From an uncultured Alphaproteobacteria bacterium (lineage in GTDB: Bacteria > Pseudomonadota > Alphaproteobacteria > SHVP01): a DNA stretch of 64,000 bases. Of the stretch, positions 19,071 through 28,384 are shown in pieces. The stretch covers positions 25 through 64,024 of the forward strand of contig CAYGKG010000005.1 of NCBI GenBank assembly GCA_964350495.1, written 5' to 3'. The notes under the pieces were generated by a model that saw only the letters and a program-made list of their open reading frames with translations, was not told the origin of the DNA and ran no database searches. A program made the translations under genes and the position numbers. Each line of letters opens with the position of its first letter. The stretch's first letter is position 1.

Positions 19071-19892
19071 TTACTGGAAGAGAGCCAGAATGGTCTGCGG
19101 ACCAGCGTTCGCGATGGAGAGCGACTGCACCCCAAGCTGCTGCTGAATCTGCAAGGCCTGCAATCTTGCACTCTCTTCGGCGAGATCGGCGTCGACCAGG
19201 TTTCCGAGGCCTTCGGTCAAGATATTGACCAAGGACACCGTGAAGTCTGTCTGCACTTCGATCCGCTTCGCAGCGGAACCAAGAGCGGCCAGCTTGTCGG
19301 CAACCAACGTAATCGCCGTTTCGATCGACGTTAGAGCCGAGGAAGCACCAGAGCTTGTCGCCAAGGTCGCCGCGTTGATCGTCAGCGTGGTGGTGTCCAT
19401 CTTTTGGGCGCTCACCGAAATGACCGAGCCATCGACGGTGCTGAGAACCTTGAGTTCGCTCGCGCTCTGAAAGATCAGATTGGTCGAGTTGAACTCAGCG
19501 GTGGCAACGATGGTTTCCAACTGATCGCGCAATGCCGTGAAGTCGTTCTGCAAGGCAGTACGTGACGCAGTATCGAGACCGGCCTGGTTGGCCTGCACGA
19601 TTTTCGCCTTCATTTCGATAAGCAGGTCGGCGATAGCCTTTCCGCCCGAAATAGCGACGTTAACGGTGGAATCACCGTTCGCGAGAGCGCCACCGACGGC
19701 CTTTGTGCCGGCAATATCGCCCCGCAGACGAGTCGCGATTTGGAAGGTCGCAGCGTCGTCTTTCGGGCCGTTAACTTTCAAGCCCGTCGTAATGCGAAGC
19801 TGCGTGTTCTGCAGCCTCTTGTTCGTCATGCTGAGTTGTTCCAACGCGACCATCGCGCCGACGTTGGTTTTAATAGAAAGACCTTGAACCAT
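19071..19892 (-). CDS. Flagellin (273 aa), close paralog of flagellin 1
   Basis: About 85% identical to the neighbouring copy at N and C termini; divergent centre. Confidence 0.9.
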   Translation of the reverse strand: MVQGLSIKTNVGAMVALEQLSMTNKRLQNTQLRITTGLKVNGPKDDAATFQIATRLRGDIAGTKAVGGALANGDSTVNVAISGGKAIADLLIEMKAKIVQANQAGLDTASRTALQNDFTALRDQLETIVATAEFNSTNLIFQSASELKVLSTVDGSVISVSAQKMDTTTLTINAATLATSSGASSALTSIETAITLVADKLAALGSAAKRIEVQTDFTVSLVNILTEGLGNLVDADLAEESARLQALQIQQQLGVQSLSIANAGPQTILALFQ

Positions 19893-19985
19893 TTTGTTAC
19901 GTCCTCGTTCTAAGCATCTGGGTCCAGCGTTTTGCTGGCGCCGACGTTTTGCCGGTGGATGGACAATCGTCCGACAACTAGGAAA

Positions 19986-20000
19986 GCAATGCCTATGCCA
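19986..20000 (-). promoter_or_regulatory. sigma54 promoter (minus strand TGGCAT-N5-TTGC) about 90 nt upstream of flagellin 2
   Basis: GG-N10-GC spacing exact. Confidence 0.55.
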
Positions 20001-20245
20001 GGGAACTTCTGACCGGGCTGCATTCCCTCGAAGAAATCGCTAACGTTTTGTTAAGAAAGAGGATTTGCCGGCGGGGAGATCGCTGAAGGGTCGCCGGCGG
20101 TCCCCGATTCAGCGACCCAGATGACCCTTAAGGAAGAATTAACAGGGCAAATATTTCCGACCCGGCAAATCGTGCCGGTAGCAATTGCCTACCGACCGCG
20201 ACATCGCGGGTCGTCAAAGACCGCAGAAGCGTTGATTGGGGCCGG

Positions 20246-20668
20246 TTAGGCCGAGGTGCCAAGACTGCCGATGGCCGAGGCGGCCTGGCTAGGAATGGTC
20301 TGTTGCGTCGGTGCCGACGACAGACCTTCCATAATGGTGCGATTCACCGAAATGAGCGGCTCGAGGTTGGCCTCGCCGCGCAGCACCGTCCGGGAGTGTT
20401 TATCGACCCAAATGGCGATCGAGATAATGTTGGCCTTCAAGCTGTCTGGGAACCGGTTCTCGTTGGATGCGAGATCCATTTGCAGGGTCAGCCAAAGCCG
20501 CCTGTTCCAGTCTACTGCCTTGTAAAAGTCCTGAGATCTCAACCCCTTAGTGGTTGCTGCCTCACGAACGGACATGAGCGCTTTGGTCACCTCGGCGAAC
20601 AAACGGTATTCCGTCTGCCGGGGATTCTCGGTCGAGGCTTGTGTAGCCTTGTATTTATTGACCGACAT
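20246..20668 (-). CDS. flaF: Flagellar biosynthesis regulator FlaF (copy 1)
   Basis: TEYRLFAEVT...NRRLWLTL...ISIAIWVDKHS FlaF signature. Confidence 0.75.
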   Translation of the reverse strand: MSVNKYKATQASTENPRQTEYRLFAEVTKALMSVREAATTKGLRSQDFYKAVDWNRRLWLTLQMDLASNENRFPDSLKANIISIAIWVDKHSRTVLRGEANLEPLISVNRTIMEGLSSAPTQQTIPSQAASAIGSLGTSA

Positions 20669-20862
20669 TCGCGCTCCTTGGGAGGGCCCGCGTCACGCGC
20701 ACCGACAACACGTTTGCGCCGCTGCGTTTGCAGCGTAACCCATCCGCCGGCCGGAATGATAGCGTTGCGAAATAGCCCACGGGGTCGCCCGCGACCCTAT
20801 CGGCCCGCGCCCGGATGATCGTCACATTCTGTGCCCGATGTCGTTTCACGCGAATTTATCAC

Positions 20863-20877
20863 GCAAACGGTGTGCCA
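20863..20877 (-). promoter_or_regulatory. sigma54 promoter (minus strand TGGCAC-N5-TTGC, perfect) in the flaF2/flaF1 intergenic region
   Basis: Exact match to TGGCAC-N5-TTGC. Confidence 0.55.
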
Positions 20878-20935
20878 GTTCCGGCCTTCGATCTGCAGGC
20901 AAACCGGCTTCTGCCAGTCGGCCGCGGCGCGACAG

Positions 20936-21298
20936 CTACGCCGCCAGCCCCTTCATGATCGACTCGTTCACTTGAATAAGGGCGTCGATCGTCACTTCAC
21001 CCTGTTCGGCGAGTTTGGAATGACGCTCCACCCAAATGGCGACCGAGATGATTTGGGCCTTGAGCGGGTCGGGCAACTGGTTCTGCGGTCGCGCCAGGTC
21101 TTCTTCCAACGCGTGCCATAGCCGACGGTTATCGTCCAGGGCCCGCAAGAACTCCGAGTCCTCTTTCACCTTTGCTTTGCTTGCTTCGAGGTCGCGCGTG
21201 ACCTGCTCGAAAAGACGGTACTCGGTCTTGCGCGCATCGAGTTCCGGCGGCGGCGCTAGGATCTCCGCCGCTGCTCCGGTTTGTTGGTTACTGTACAT
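20936..21298 (-). CDS. flaF: Flagellar biosynthesis regulator FlaF (copy 2)
   Basis: TEYRLFEQVT...NRRLWHAL...ISVAIWVERHS. Confidence 0.75.
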   Translation of the reverse strand: MYSNQQTGAAAEILAPPPELDARKTEYRLFEQVTRDLEASKAKVKEDSEFLRALDDNRRLWHALEEDLARPQNQLPDPLKAQIISVAIWVERHSKLAEQGEVTIDALIQVNESIMKGLAA

Positions 21299-21683
21299 AG
21301 TTCAACCTTTCTTTCTCGAAGGGTAGAAGCGACTTGCACGTCATCATCGCGGAATAGAACCGCTGCTCATGCACGTCATCGAGGATGCGATGGCATTTCT
21401 CCAGCACCCCTTTGGTTGAGATGGCGCACATAAAGTCGGTTACGAGATTGGTAAACTCCTCGTAGTAGTGACTCTCGAGTCCACCATCCAGGTACATCAT
21501 CATGATGGTGAAATAGATGCGCTTCACCGGTGTATTCGCTTCGTCCGGTTGGAGGACATCGCGCTCGCGAAGCAACGACACTTGGTTCTCGATAATGAGA
21601 TCCGACCTGCGGTCGCCGTTGATAAGAACACCACCGTTGAGAACGAACTTCTCGCCGGGCTTTAGCGTCAGTTTTAGCGGCAT
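21288..21683 (-). CDS. flbT: Flagellin synthesis regulator FlbT (copy 2); overlaps flaF2 by 11 nt
   Basis: MPLKLTLKPGEKFVLNGGVLINGDRRSDL. Confidence 0.8.
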   Translation of the reverse strand: MPLKLTLKPGEKFVLNGGVLINGDRRSDLIIENQVSLLRERDVLQPDEANTPVKRIYFTIMMMYLDGGLESHYYEEFTNLVTDFMCAISTKGVLEKCHRILDDVHEQRFYSAMMTCKSLLPFEKERLNYVQ

Positions 21684-21725
21684 ATTGTCTAAGGGCCTTT
21701 CGCTGACCCCTCCCTTATCGAGATG

Positions 21726-22541
21726 TTATTGGAACAGCGACAGAATGATCTGCGGGGTCGCATTGGCGATCGATAGCGCCTGTACGCCCAGCTGCTGCTT
21801 GACCTGGAGTGCCGTCAGATTGGCGCTCTCCCGGGCCATGTCGGCATCCACGAGGTTGCCCACACCATCTGTAAGGATGTCCACCAGCTTGACCGTGAAC
21901 TCGGTCTGAACCTCCAGCCGCTTGGCCGAGGCACCGAGCGCCGCGAGGCGATCGGAGACCGACACGATAGCCGAGTTGACCGCTGTCAACGCCGCGCTGG
22001 CACCGGAACTGGTGAGCAGGGTGGTTGTATTGATCGCGAGACTCGTCGTGTCCATCTTCTGCGCGCTGACATTGATGATACTGCCGTCGACAGTACTCAA
22101 CACTTGGAACGTCACCGCGCTTTGGTTGATGATGTTGACGCCGTTGAATTCGGCCGTAGCGACGATCGTTTCAATTTGATCGCGCAACGCCGCGAAGTCG
22201 TTATGCAGCGCCGTTCGTGATGCCGCGTCGAGCTGGGATTGATTCGCCTGCACGACTTTGGCCTTCATTTCGATCATCAACTCGGAGATTGCCTTGCCGG
22301 CGTCGATTGCGACGTTAACAGTGGATTCTCCGCCTGCCAGTGCTGTGCCGACCGCTCGATAGCCGGCAATGTCACCGCGTTGGTTTTGGGCGATCGCATA
22401 AGTCGCTGCGTCGTCCTTCGGTCCGTTCACGCGCAGACCGGTCGTAATGTTCAGCTGGGTCTTCTCCAGCCTATTGTTTGTCGCGTTTAGATTCTGGAGA
22501 GCAATCGCCGCTCCCAGATTGGTATTTACCGACAAGACCAT
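21726..22541 (-). CDS. Flagellin (271 aa), more divergent third paralog
   Basis: Flagellin N/C helices (...LQVKQQLGVQALSIANATPQIILSLFQ). Confidence 0.9.
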   Translation of the reverse strand: MVLSVNTNLGAAIALQNLNATNNRLEKTQLNITTGLRVNGPKDDAATYAIAQNQRGDIAGYRAVGTALAGGESTVNVAIDAGKAISELMIEMKAKVVQANQSQLDAASRTALHNDFAALRDQIETIVATAEFNGVNIINQSAVTFQVLSTVDGSIINVSAQKMDTTSLAINTTTLLTSSGASAALTAVNSAIVSVSDRLAALGASAKRLEVQTEFTVKLVDILTDGVGNLVDADMARESANLTALQVKQQLGVQALSIANATPQIILSLFQ

Positions 22542-22613
22542 CGTTTCTGTCTCCTCTTCCGAGGCGGCTCAAAGCCTAGGGGTTTCAAATGGCATACAGC
22601 CGAGTCCCTAAGC

Positions 22614-22628
22614 GCAATGGACGTGCCA
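22614..22628 (-). promoter_or_regulatory. sigma54 promoter (minus strand TGGCAC-N5-TTGC, perfect) about 73 nt upstream of flagellin 3
   Basis: Exact consensus. Confidence 0.6.
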
Positions 22629-22744
22629 CCTCGGCGTCAGCGACCGAAACCGCCTCGCAGTACGTTGTTTTTACTGAATAAATGCCGATCTCTGTCGACG
22701 CCTCGTGATCGACACGCACGGCCAACCTCGCGCGCGCGCTAGCG

Positions 22745-22795
22745 AATAATTGCCAGATCACGAATCTTTTGCCGCGCGCCGTAGCAATAATTGCC
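22745..22795. promoter_or_regulatory. Two copies of G(C/A)AATAATTGCC spaced 41 nt apart (22745-22754, 22786-22795) in the flagellin3 / GT41 divergent region; candidate enhancer or regulator sites
   Basis: Direct repeat seen in sequence, about 120-170 nt upstream of the sigma54 promoter. Confidence 0.25.
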
Positions 22796-22891
22796 TTCGA
22801 TCCGCAGCGATGGGTTGAAGCCGTCATGCCGGTTACGTTGCAGCGGCCTTCACTAAGGATTTGTTAATCGTAACGGGCCTAGAAATGCGTC

Positions 22892-25852
22892 ATGAACGCG
22901 CCCGCTCAGGAGTTCTTCGCCGCTGGCCTGTCGCACCACCGCGCCGGCCGTATCGAGGAAGCCGACAAATACTATCTACAAGCGATCGAGGCCGATCCTG
23001 CCTGTTGCGATGCTTTGCTCAACCTCGCGGGCATTCGTATTTCGGCGAATCGTCTCGACGAAGCCGAAGCCCTGCTGACGACGGCACAGGCGGTCAGACC
23101 GGTCGACACCAAGATCCTCACAGCGCTCGCGAACGTTTACCAGGCGAAGGGCGACTACGCCCAATCTGAGTCATACTACCGCGACGCGATCGCGCGCAGC
23201 CCCGATCTCGCCCTTGCGCACGCGAACCTGGGGCGTCTCCTCTATCGAACCGGTCGGTCGGCAGAAGCAATCGCGAGTTATCTTGCCGCGCTCGATCTCG
23301 ACCCGACGTTGGCGACGGCCCACGCCAACCTCGGCGCCGCCCTCGTCGCCAACCAGCGCTTCGACGAAGCCGAAATGTCCTTAGGCCTCGCACTGAAGCT
23401 CGCCCCCCGAGACCCCGATATCCATCTCAACGTCGGTCACCTGCGGTTCGCCCGAGAGGATTACGCCGGTGCGCTCGAACACTTCACCCGCGCCTCAGAG
23501 TTACGGATGGGGTGGGCCACCGCCCATCTCAATATCGGCGCCGCGCTCCACCGTTTAGGCAAGTACGAAGCAGCCGAGCGGGAATTCAACCGTGCCGTCG
23601 CGCTGGACCCGAACAACGCGGAAGCGCTTCGAGGGCTCGGTACAGCATTGATTTCATTGGATAAAATTGAAGCCGCCGAGAAGGTCCTGGTGAAATCGGA
23701 TGCGCTTGCTCCCGATCATCCACAAACCCAATTTCTTCTCGGTCAGGTCTTCGTTGCGACCAAGGACTTCGAACGCGCAGTCCGGCACAATACCGGTGTC
23801 GTTCAGCGCCTACCTAATCTCCTCGAAGGTCGGCTGAACCTCGGCCACGCGCTTCAAGCCTTGCACCGTCATGCCGAAGCGATCGAGCAATTCCAGGCAG
23901 CGATCGCCATCGACGCGACTTCGGCTCAAGCCTTCAACAATCTCGGCAATTCGTTGGGCGCCGTCGGCCGGAACGACGATGCGCTCGATGCCTACCGAAA
24001 GGCGATTGAGATCGACGCCACGCTGGCCGTCGCCCATATCAACTTCGGCAATACCTTGCGGCAAATGGGCCGTCATGGAGAGGCATTCGAGGAATTTCAG
24101 CTAGCGATCGAGATCGACCCCGACGATCCCCGCGCGCTGAACGGCATGGGACTAGCTTACCAAGCGTTCAACCGGCAAGCGGAGGCAATCGAAACGTTCA
24201 AGCGCGCCATCGCCGTCGACGACTCCTACCCGGAGGCGATGAACAACTTAGCGATCGCCTACCAGCAACTCGGCCGCTATCACGATGCGATATCGACCTA
24301 CAACGACCTGACCAAGAAGCACCCGGAGCTGTCGCAGGCCTATTTCAACCTAGGCAGCCTTCTCCAGCTCCTGAGCCGCCACGACGAAGCAGTAACCGCG
24401 TTTCGCGAAGCGTTGAACCGGAACGTAGGCAATAACGTCGTCTACCCCTACCTGGCCCACGGCTTGATGCAGCAGTGCAGCTGGGACAACCTCGAAGCAA
24501 TCATTTCCCGCGTGATCGAGAACACCGAACACGAAATAGCCCGCGGCCAAGGCGTCTCGATTTCGCCCTTCGGTTTGCAAAGCATGCCGGCCAGTCCGGA
24601 TCTTCGTTTTCGGACCGCGCAGCACGTCGCGCGACGCGCCGAACGCGAGGTTCAGGACAGCCGTAAGCGGCTGGGCCCCCTCACCTACAAACACCCAACG
24701 GACGGCAAACTGAAGATCGGCTTTCTATCGCCGGATTTCCGCTTCCATAGCGTCGCCGTCGCCTTCCAAGGTGTCCTCGAACATCGCGACCCCGAGCGAT
24801 TTCACTATGCCGCCTATGCCGTCACGACGTTCGGCAAGGACGATTTGACCCGGCACTTTTCGGAAACATTCGACAGTTGGACCGATATCACGCCGATGTC
24901 CTATGTCGATGTCGCAAGAAAGATGGTCGATGACGGTGTCAACGTGCTGATCGATCTAGCCGGTCACACCCGCGGCGGCAGCCCCGAGGTCCTCGCCCTT
25001 CGTCCCGCGCCCGTTCAAGCCCACTGGCTGGGGTTTTCGTCGACCACCGGCGCCGCGTATATCGACTATCTGATCACCGATCGGATCCAGCTTCCGCCGG
25101 AAGACCAACAGTACTGTAGCGAAAAACTGGTCTATCTCCCCCACACCTTCATGGCCGCATCGCGGCCCCCCGTGGCGGTGGAAACGTTTACGCGCGCAGA
25201 CTTCGGCTTGCCGGACGACGGGTTCGTTTTCGCCAACTTCAATTCGCACTACAAGTTCTACCCGACGCTCTTTGCGATTTGGATGAGGCTGCTGCGCCAG
25301 ATTCCAGGGAGCGTGATGTGGTTCATGTCAGGAACGAAAACCAGTCGAAGAAACCTCAAGCGAGAGGCGCAGGCCCGTGGAATCGATCCCGGCCGTCTCG
25401 TGTTCTCCGACACGATCGCCCATCCTCGCCATCTTGCCCGCTTGCCCTTGGCCGATCTCGCCCTCGATAACCTGCACCACGGCGGCGGCGTAACGACCAC
25501 GGACTCGCTTTGGGCTGGGGTGCCGGTTCTGACGCTCTACGGCGACACACCGCCGGCACGAAACGGCGCCACGTTGGTTAGCGCCGTCGGCGCCCCGGAA
25601 CTGATCGCCTACTCGCTCGACGAGTACGAAAAGAAGGCAACGATGTATGCGCGCGAACCGGATCGACTCGCCGCGCTACGGGCGAAATTGCGCGCCAATC
25701 GGGACACCGAGCCACTGTTCGATATCGACCGGCTGACGCGCCACTTTGAGAGCGCCTGCGAGATGATGTGGCAGAACTATCTTGCCGGGAACGAACCTCG
25801 CCCCTTCGATGTCCCGGCCCAACCGGCCACGTCGAGAAAACGCGCTGGCTAG
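22892..25852 (+). CDS. TPR-repeat protein fused to a GT41 (O-GlcNAc transferase/SPINDLY-like) glycosyltransferase domain; putative flagellin glycosyltransferase of the FlmG type
   Basis: N-terminal ~500 aa of TPR repeats; C-terminal KIGFLSPDFRFHSV...LIDLAGHT...FANFNSHYKFYPTLFAIWMRLL...HGGGVTTTDSLWAGVPVLT is OGT-like GT-B; adjacent to three Ser/Thr-rich flagellins. Confidence 0.7.
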   Translation: MNAPAQEFFAAGLSHHRAGRIEEADKYYLQAIEADPACCDALLNLAGIRISANRLDEAEALLTTAQAVRPVDTKILTALANVYQAKGDYAQSESYYRDAIARSPDLALAHANLGRLLYRTGRSAEAIASYLAALDLDPTLATAHANLGAALVANQRFDEAEMSLGLALKLAPRDPDIHLNVGHLRFAREDYAGALEHFTRASELRMGWATAHLNIGAALHRLGKYEAAEREFNRAVALDPNNAEALRGLGTALISLDKIEAAEKVLVKSDALAPDHPQTQFLLGQVFVATKDFERAVRHNTGVVQRLPNLLEGRLNLGHALQALHRHAEAIEQFQAAIAIDATSAQAFNNLGNSLGAVGRNDDALDAYRKAIEIDATLAVAHINFGNTLRQMGRHGEAFEEFQLAIEIDPDDPRALNGMGLAYQAFNRQAEAIETFKRAIAVDDSYPEAMNNLAIAYQQLGRYHDAISTYNDLTKKHPELSQAYFNLGSLLQLLSRHDEAVTAFREALNRNVGNNVVYPYLAHGLMQQCSWDNLEAIISRVIENTEHEIARGQGVSISPFGLQSMPASPDLRFRTAQHVARRAEREVQDSRKRLGPLTYKHPTDGKLKIGFLSPDFRFHSVAVAFQGVLEHRDPERFHYAAYAVTTFGKDDLTRHFSETFDSWTDITPMSYVDVARKMVDDGVNVLIDLAGHTRGGSPEVLALRPAPVQAHWLGFSSTTGAAYIDYLITDRIQLPPEDQQYCSEKLVYLPHTFMAASRPPVAVETFTRADFGLPDDGFVFANFNSHYKFYPTLFAIWMRLLRQIPGSVMWFMSGTKTSRRNLKREAQARGIDPGRLVFSDTIAHPRHLARLPLADLALDNLHHGGGVTTTDSLWAGVPVLTLYGDTPPARNGATLVSAVGAPELIAYSLDEYEKKATMYAREPDRLAALRAKLRANRDTEPLFDIDRLTRHFESACEMMWQNYLAGNEPRPFDVPAQPATSRKRAG

Positions 25853-25883
25853 CCCTGCACGGGCTTGTACCCGCGCCTGCGCA

Positions 25884-27590
25884 CTAGGGCCTTGGATCGG
25901 TGTCAGCGATCGCGCCTGCCAGGTGCCAGGGACGCCCATCCACTAAGTCCGTCGCGAAGAAGCAGAACCGGTTAGCAGACGCCATCGGATAAATTGGCGC
26001 GGTCATCACCGGCGCATCGCGATCCGCGTATGCGGCGATCGGCCAGCTTAGGGTCCGCGCACGACGTTGCCCGTCGGCCCGTTGGGTGCCCTGGGTGAAG
26101 TCCTTGTCCAGCGTGACGATCAAGCTGGTTCCCGCGCGCGATGGCTCGGTCGCGACCACGAGGTTGAGCCGGTTTTCCGCTGCACGTTCCAGCAGACCGG
26201 TATCGATTTCCCAACGTTCTAGAACGCGCGTCGGCACACCGACAATTGCGGCATCCTTCAAGGCGAGCAGCCTGAACGATTCGACAATCGCCGCGTCGCC
26301 GCCGACCACGAGACCGACCCGGCCCTGCGGCAGATCGATCGTGCCGAAGCCATCGGCATAGGCCGTAACCCAAGGATGACGCGCACAGGTATGCACGGCG
26401 TCTTGATGGAACACGACCCCATCACGCCCGATCAAGACACCCCGGTGCATGAACTTGCCGCCATCCTCATGCACCACCGATGCGGCCACAAGGCAATCCC
26501 GCTGAACTGCGGACAGTGCCGCGCGCACCGCCGCGACGCCGTCGCGACAGATTGCCGCCGCCTTCGGCGCGTCGCTGACTTTGTCGCTAGGAAGAAAGGC
26601 GAGCTCCGGCAACGTCAGAAATTCGACACCGCGCCCAATCGCATCGGCCACGGCGGCGAGAAGGTCGCCCCGCGCCCCGTTCACAACCCCGGCCAGCAAC
26701 CTCTCCGCACCGGCGATGTCGCGGTGGGGAGTCGGTGCCGCCGCGATCGCCCCATAGAGTTCCGGCCGCCGGTCGGCAAAGAGATCCGAGCCGTCCGGAC
26801 GCCCTTTCTTCGTCGCCTCCTCCAGGTCGATATCGGCCCAGACCACGGCCTCGGTCTCGACCGGCGCGCGGGCCAGCACGGTGCCGTCGGGCGCCACAAT
26901 CTGACTGGCGCCGCCGCCCATCATCTCGCGCGCATCCTGCGGATCGCGGTCGCCGGCAAGGGCCGGCACGAGCGCTTCGGGAACCAGCCGCCCGACCTTG
27001 TTGGCAGCGGCGACGAAGACCTTGTTTTCGGCTGCGCGCACCGGTAGGTGCAGCCAGTCCTCGTCGGGCGCAAAGGAACACAAGCTGTTGGACAAAAGCT
27101 GCGCGCCGCGCAGCGACAGGCCGCGCGCGACCTCCATCGACACACCGTCCATGCAGGAATACATACCGATCTTGCCGAACGGGGTCGCCATGATGTCGGC
27201 CGGCCGATCAGGCTTTTCGAAGAAGAAATTTTCGCCCGCAATGAGAAAGCTCTTGCTCGATTCGCCCAGCATGTCGCCTTGCGGCCCGAACATGTGGTTG
27301 GTATTGCGAACGGCATTATTGCGATGGCGCACGGTAACGTTGACCTGGATCATGCATTGCAGTTCCTTCGCCTTGTCGGCGATCGCCTTAAGGAAGGCAC
27401 CGTCGGTCTGCTCGGCGACATCGTAGCAATGCTCGGAATCGCGGTAGAGTGGCGGGTGATTGCAGTATTCCGGCAAGACGATCAGGTCCGGATCGCAATC
27501 GGCCTGCGCCTTGTCGATCATCCGGAGGCAGGTTTGTAGGTTCGCCTCGACGTCGTCCGTCACCTCGAACTGAGCAACCGCTACGCGCAT
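25884..27590 (-). CDS. Tandem double carbon-nitrogen hydrolase (two nitrilase-superfamily domains in one ~569-aa protein)
   Basis: Two successive CN-hydrolase-like segments (VAVAQFEV...LPEY... and a second ...LTLPELAF...); RBS GGGAAGGAAG before the ATG at 27590. Confidence 0.6.
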   Translation of the reverse strand: MRVAVAQFEVTDDVEANLQTCLRMIDKAQADCDPDLIVLPEYCNHPPLYRDSEHCYDVAEQTDGAFLKAIADKAKELQCMIQVNVTVRHRNNAVRNTNHMFGPQGDMLGESSKSFLIAGENFFFEKPDRPADIMATPFGKIGMYSCMDGVSMEVARGLSLRGAQLLSNSLCSFAPDEDWLHLPVRAAENKVFVAAANKVGRLVPEALVPALAGDRDPQDAREMMGGGASQIVAPDGTVLARAPVETEAVVWADIDLEEATKKGRPDGSDLFADRRPELYGAIAAAPTPHRDIAGAERLLAGVVNGARGDLLAAVADAIGRGVEFLTLPELAFLPSDKVSDAPKAAAICRDGVAAVRAALSAVQRDCLVAASVVHEDGGKFMHRGVLIGRDGVVFHQDAVHTCARHPWVTAYADGFGTIDLPQGRVGLVVGGDAAIVESFRLLALKDAAIVGVPTRVLERWEIDTGLLERAAENRLNLVVATEPSRAGTSLIVTLDKDFTQGTQRADGQRRARTLSWPIAAYADRDAPVMTAPIYPMASANRFCFFATDLVDGRPWHLAGAIADTDPRP

Positions 27591-27625
27591 GACGCTTCCT
27601 TCCCGTTCCATTTGGTCCTCGGCGT

Positions 27626-28321
27626 TCAGGACGCCGCAACAACCGTTTTCCTAAGCTCGGCCAGATCATAGTAGGTTCCGTCGCGATCCGGACTCCCCTC
27701 GACCTCGACACGGGTCAGAATCATGTCCGGGCCCGTCGTCCAGATCCGCAGGCCAAAACCGAATTGGGTGTGCCAAATAAACTCCGAACTCGGGAAATCG
27801 CCCGCGCGGGTCGTGCGCACCTCGTCCTTCACGTATTCGGCGGTATTTTCGGTATGCCCGCCGTGGTCCAGGGACTTGCCGTTCCAGGTGTGCGACACCG
27901 TGTGGATGTAAATCGGCTGGGGTTCGCGGTGGGTACGGTCCATGAAACACATCTTCCACGCTTCGTGCATGACTGGATGGAAGCCAAGGGTCATATGCGG
28001 CGGCGCCGGAAATGCGGCGTGATCCATCTCGCCTGTGTGGTTCCACACCCACGACAGCAGTTTATCGCCAACCACACGGCGCAACACGGTGCCCTGGGCT
28101 TCGCCTTTGAAAAAGAGGCGCCCCATCGCCTCAATGGGACGCCAGTCGGCGCCTACCATCTGGTTCACGTCGCGCAGCAGGTCCCCTTTGGGCGACTTGG
28201 TAACGGTCCGCATCGTGCGGCTGCCATCGGGGTTTCGAGTGATGAGGAAGCGCTCGTAATCGTGCCGGCTACCGTCCGGTAGAACGATGTCGAGCTGCCC
28301 CTGATAAATCACGATGCTCAT
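27626..28321 (-). CDS. Hypothetical 231-aa protein (no family recognised) inside the sugar-modification operon
   Basis: ORF with strong SD (GGGGGAG) at the ATG 28321; His/Trp-rich. Confidence 0.45.
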   Translation of the reverse strand: MSIVIYQGQLDIVLPDGSRHDYERFLITRNPDGSRTMRTVTKSPKGDLLRDVNQMVGADWRPIEAMGRLFFKGEAQGTVLRRVVGDKLLSWVWNHTGEMDHAAFPAPPHMTLGFHPVMHEAWKMCFMDRTHREPQPIYIHTVSHTWNGKSLDHGGHTENTAEYVKDEVRTTRAGDFPSSEFIWHTQFGFGLRIWTTGPDMILTRVEVEGSPDRDGTYYDLAELRKTVVAAS

Positions 28322-28384
28322 CTCGCGCACTCCCCCGCCAAACGAGAAGACTAGCATTCGGCGGGAAAAGCGAAAAACGCCGGC

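Noticed and set aside
25972-27539. Multiple 70-220-aa ORFs (Arg/Gly-rich) overlapping the double CN-hydrolase gene
   Set aside because: Alternate-frame artefacts; no domains
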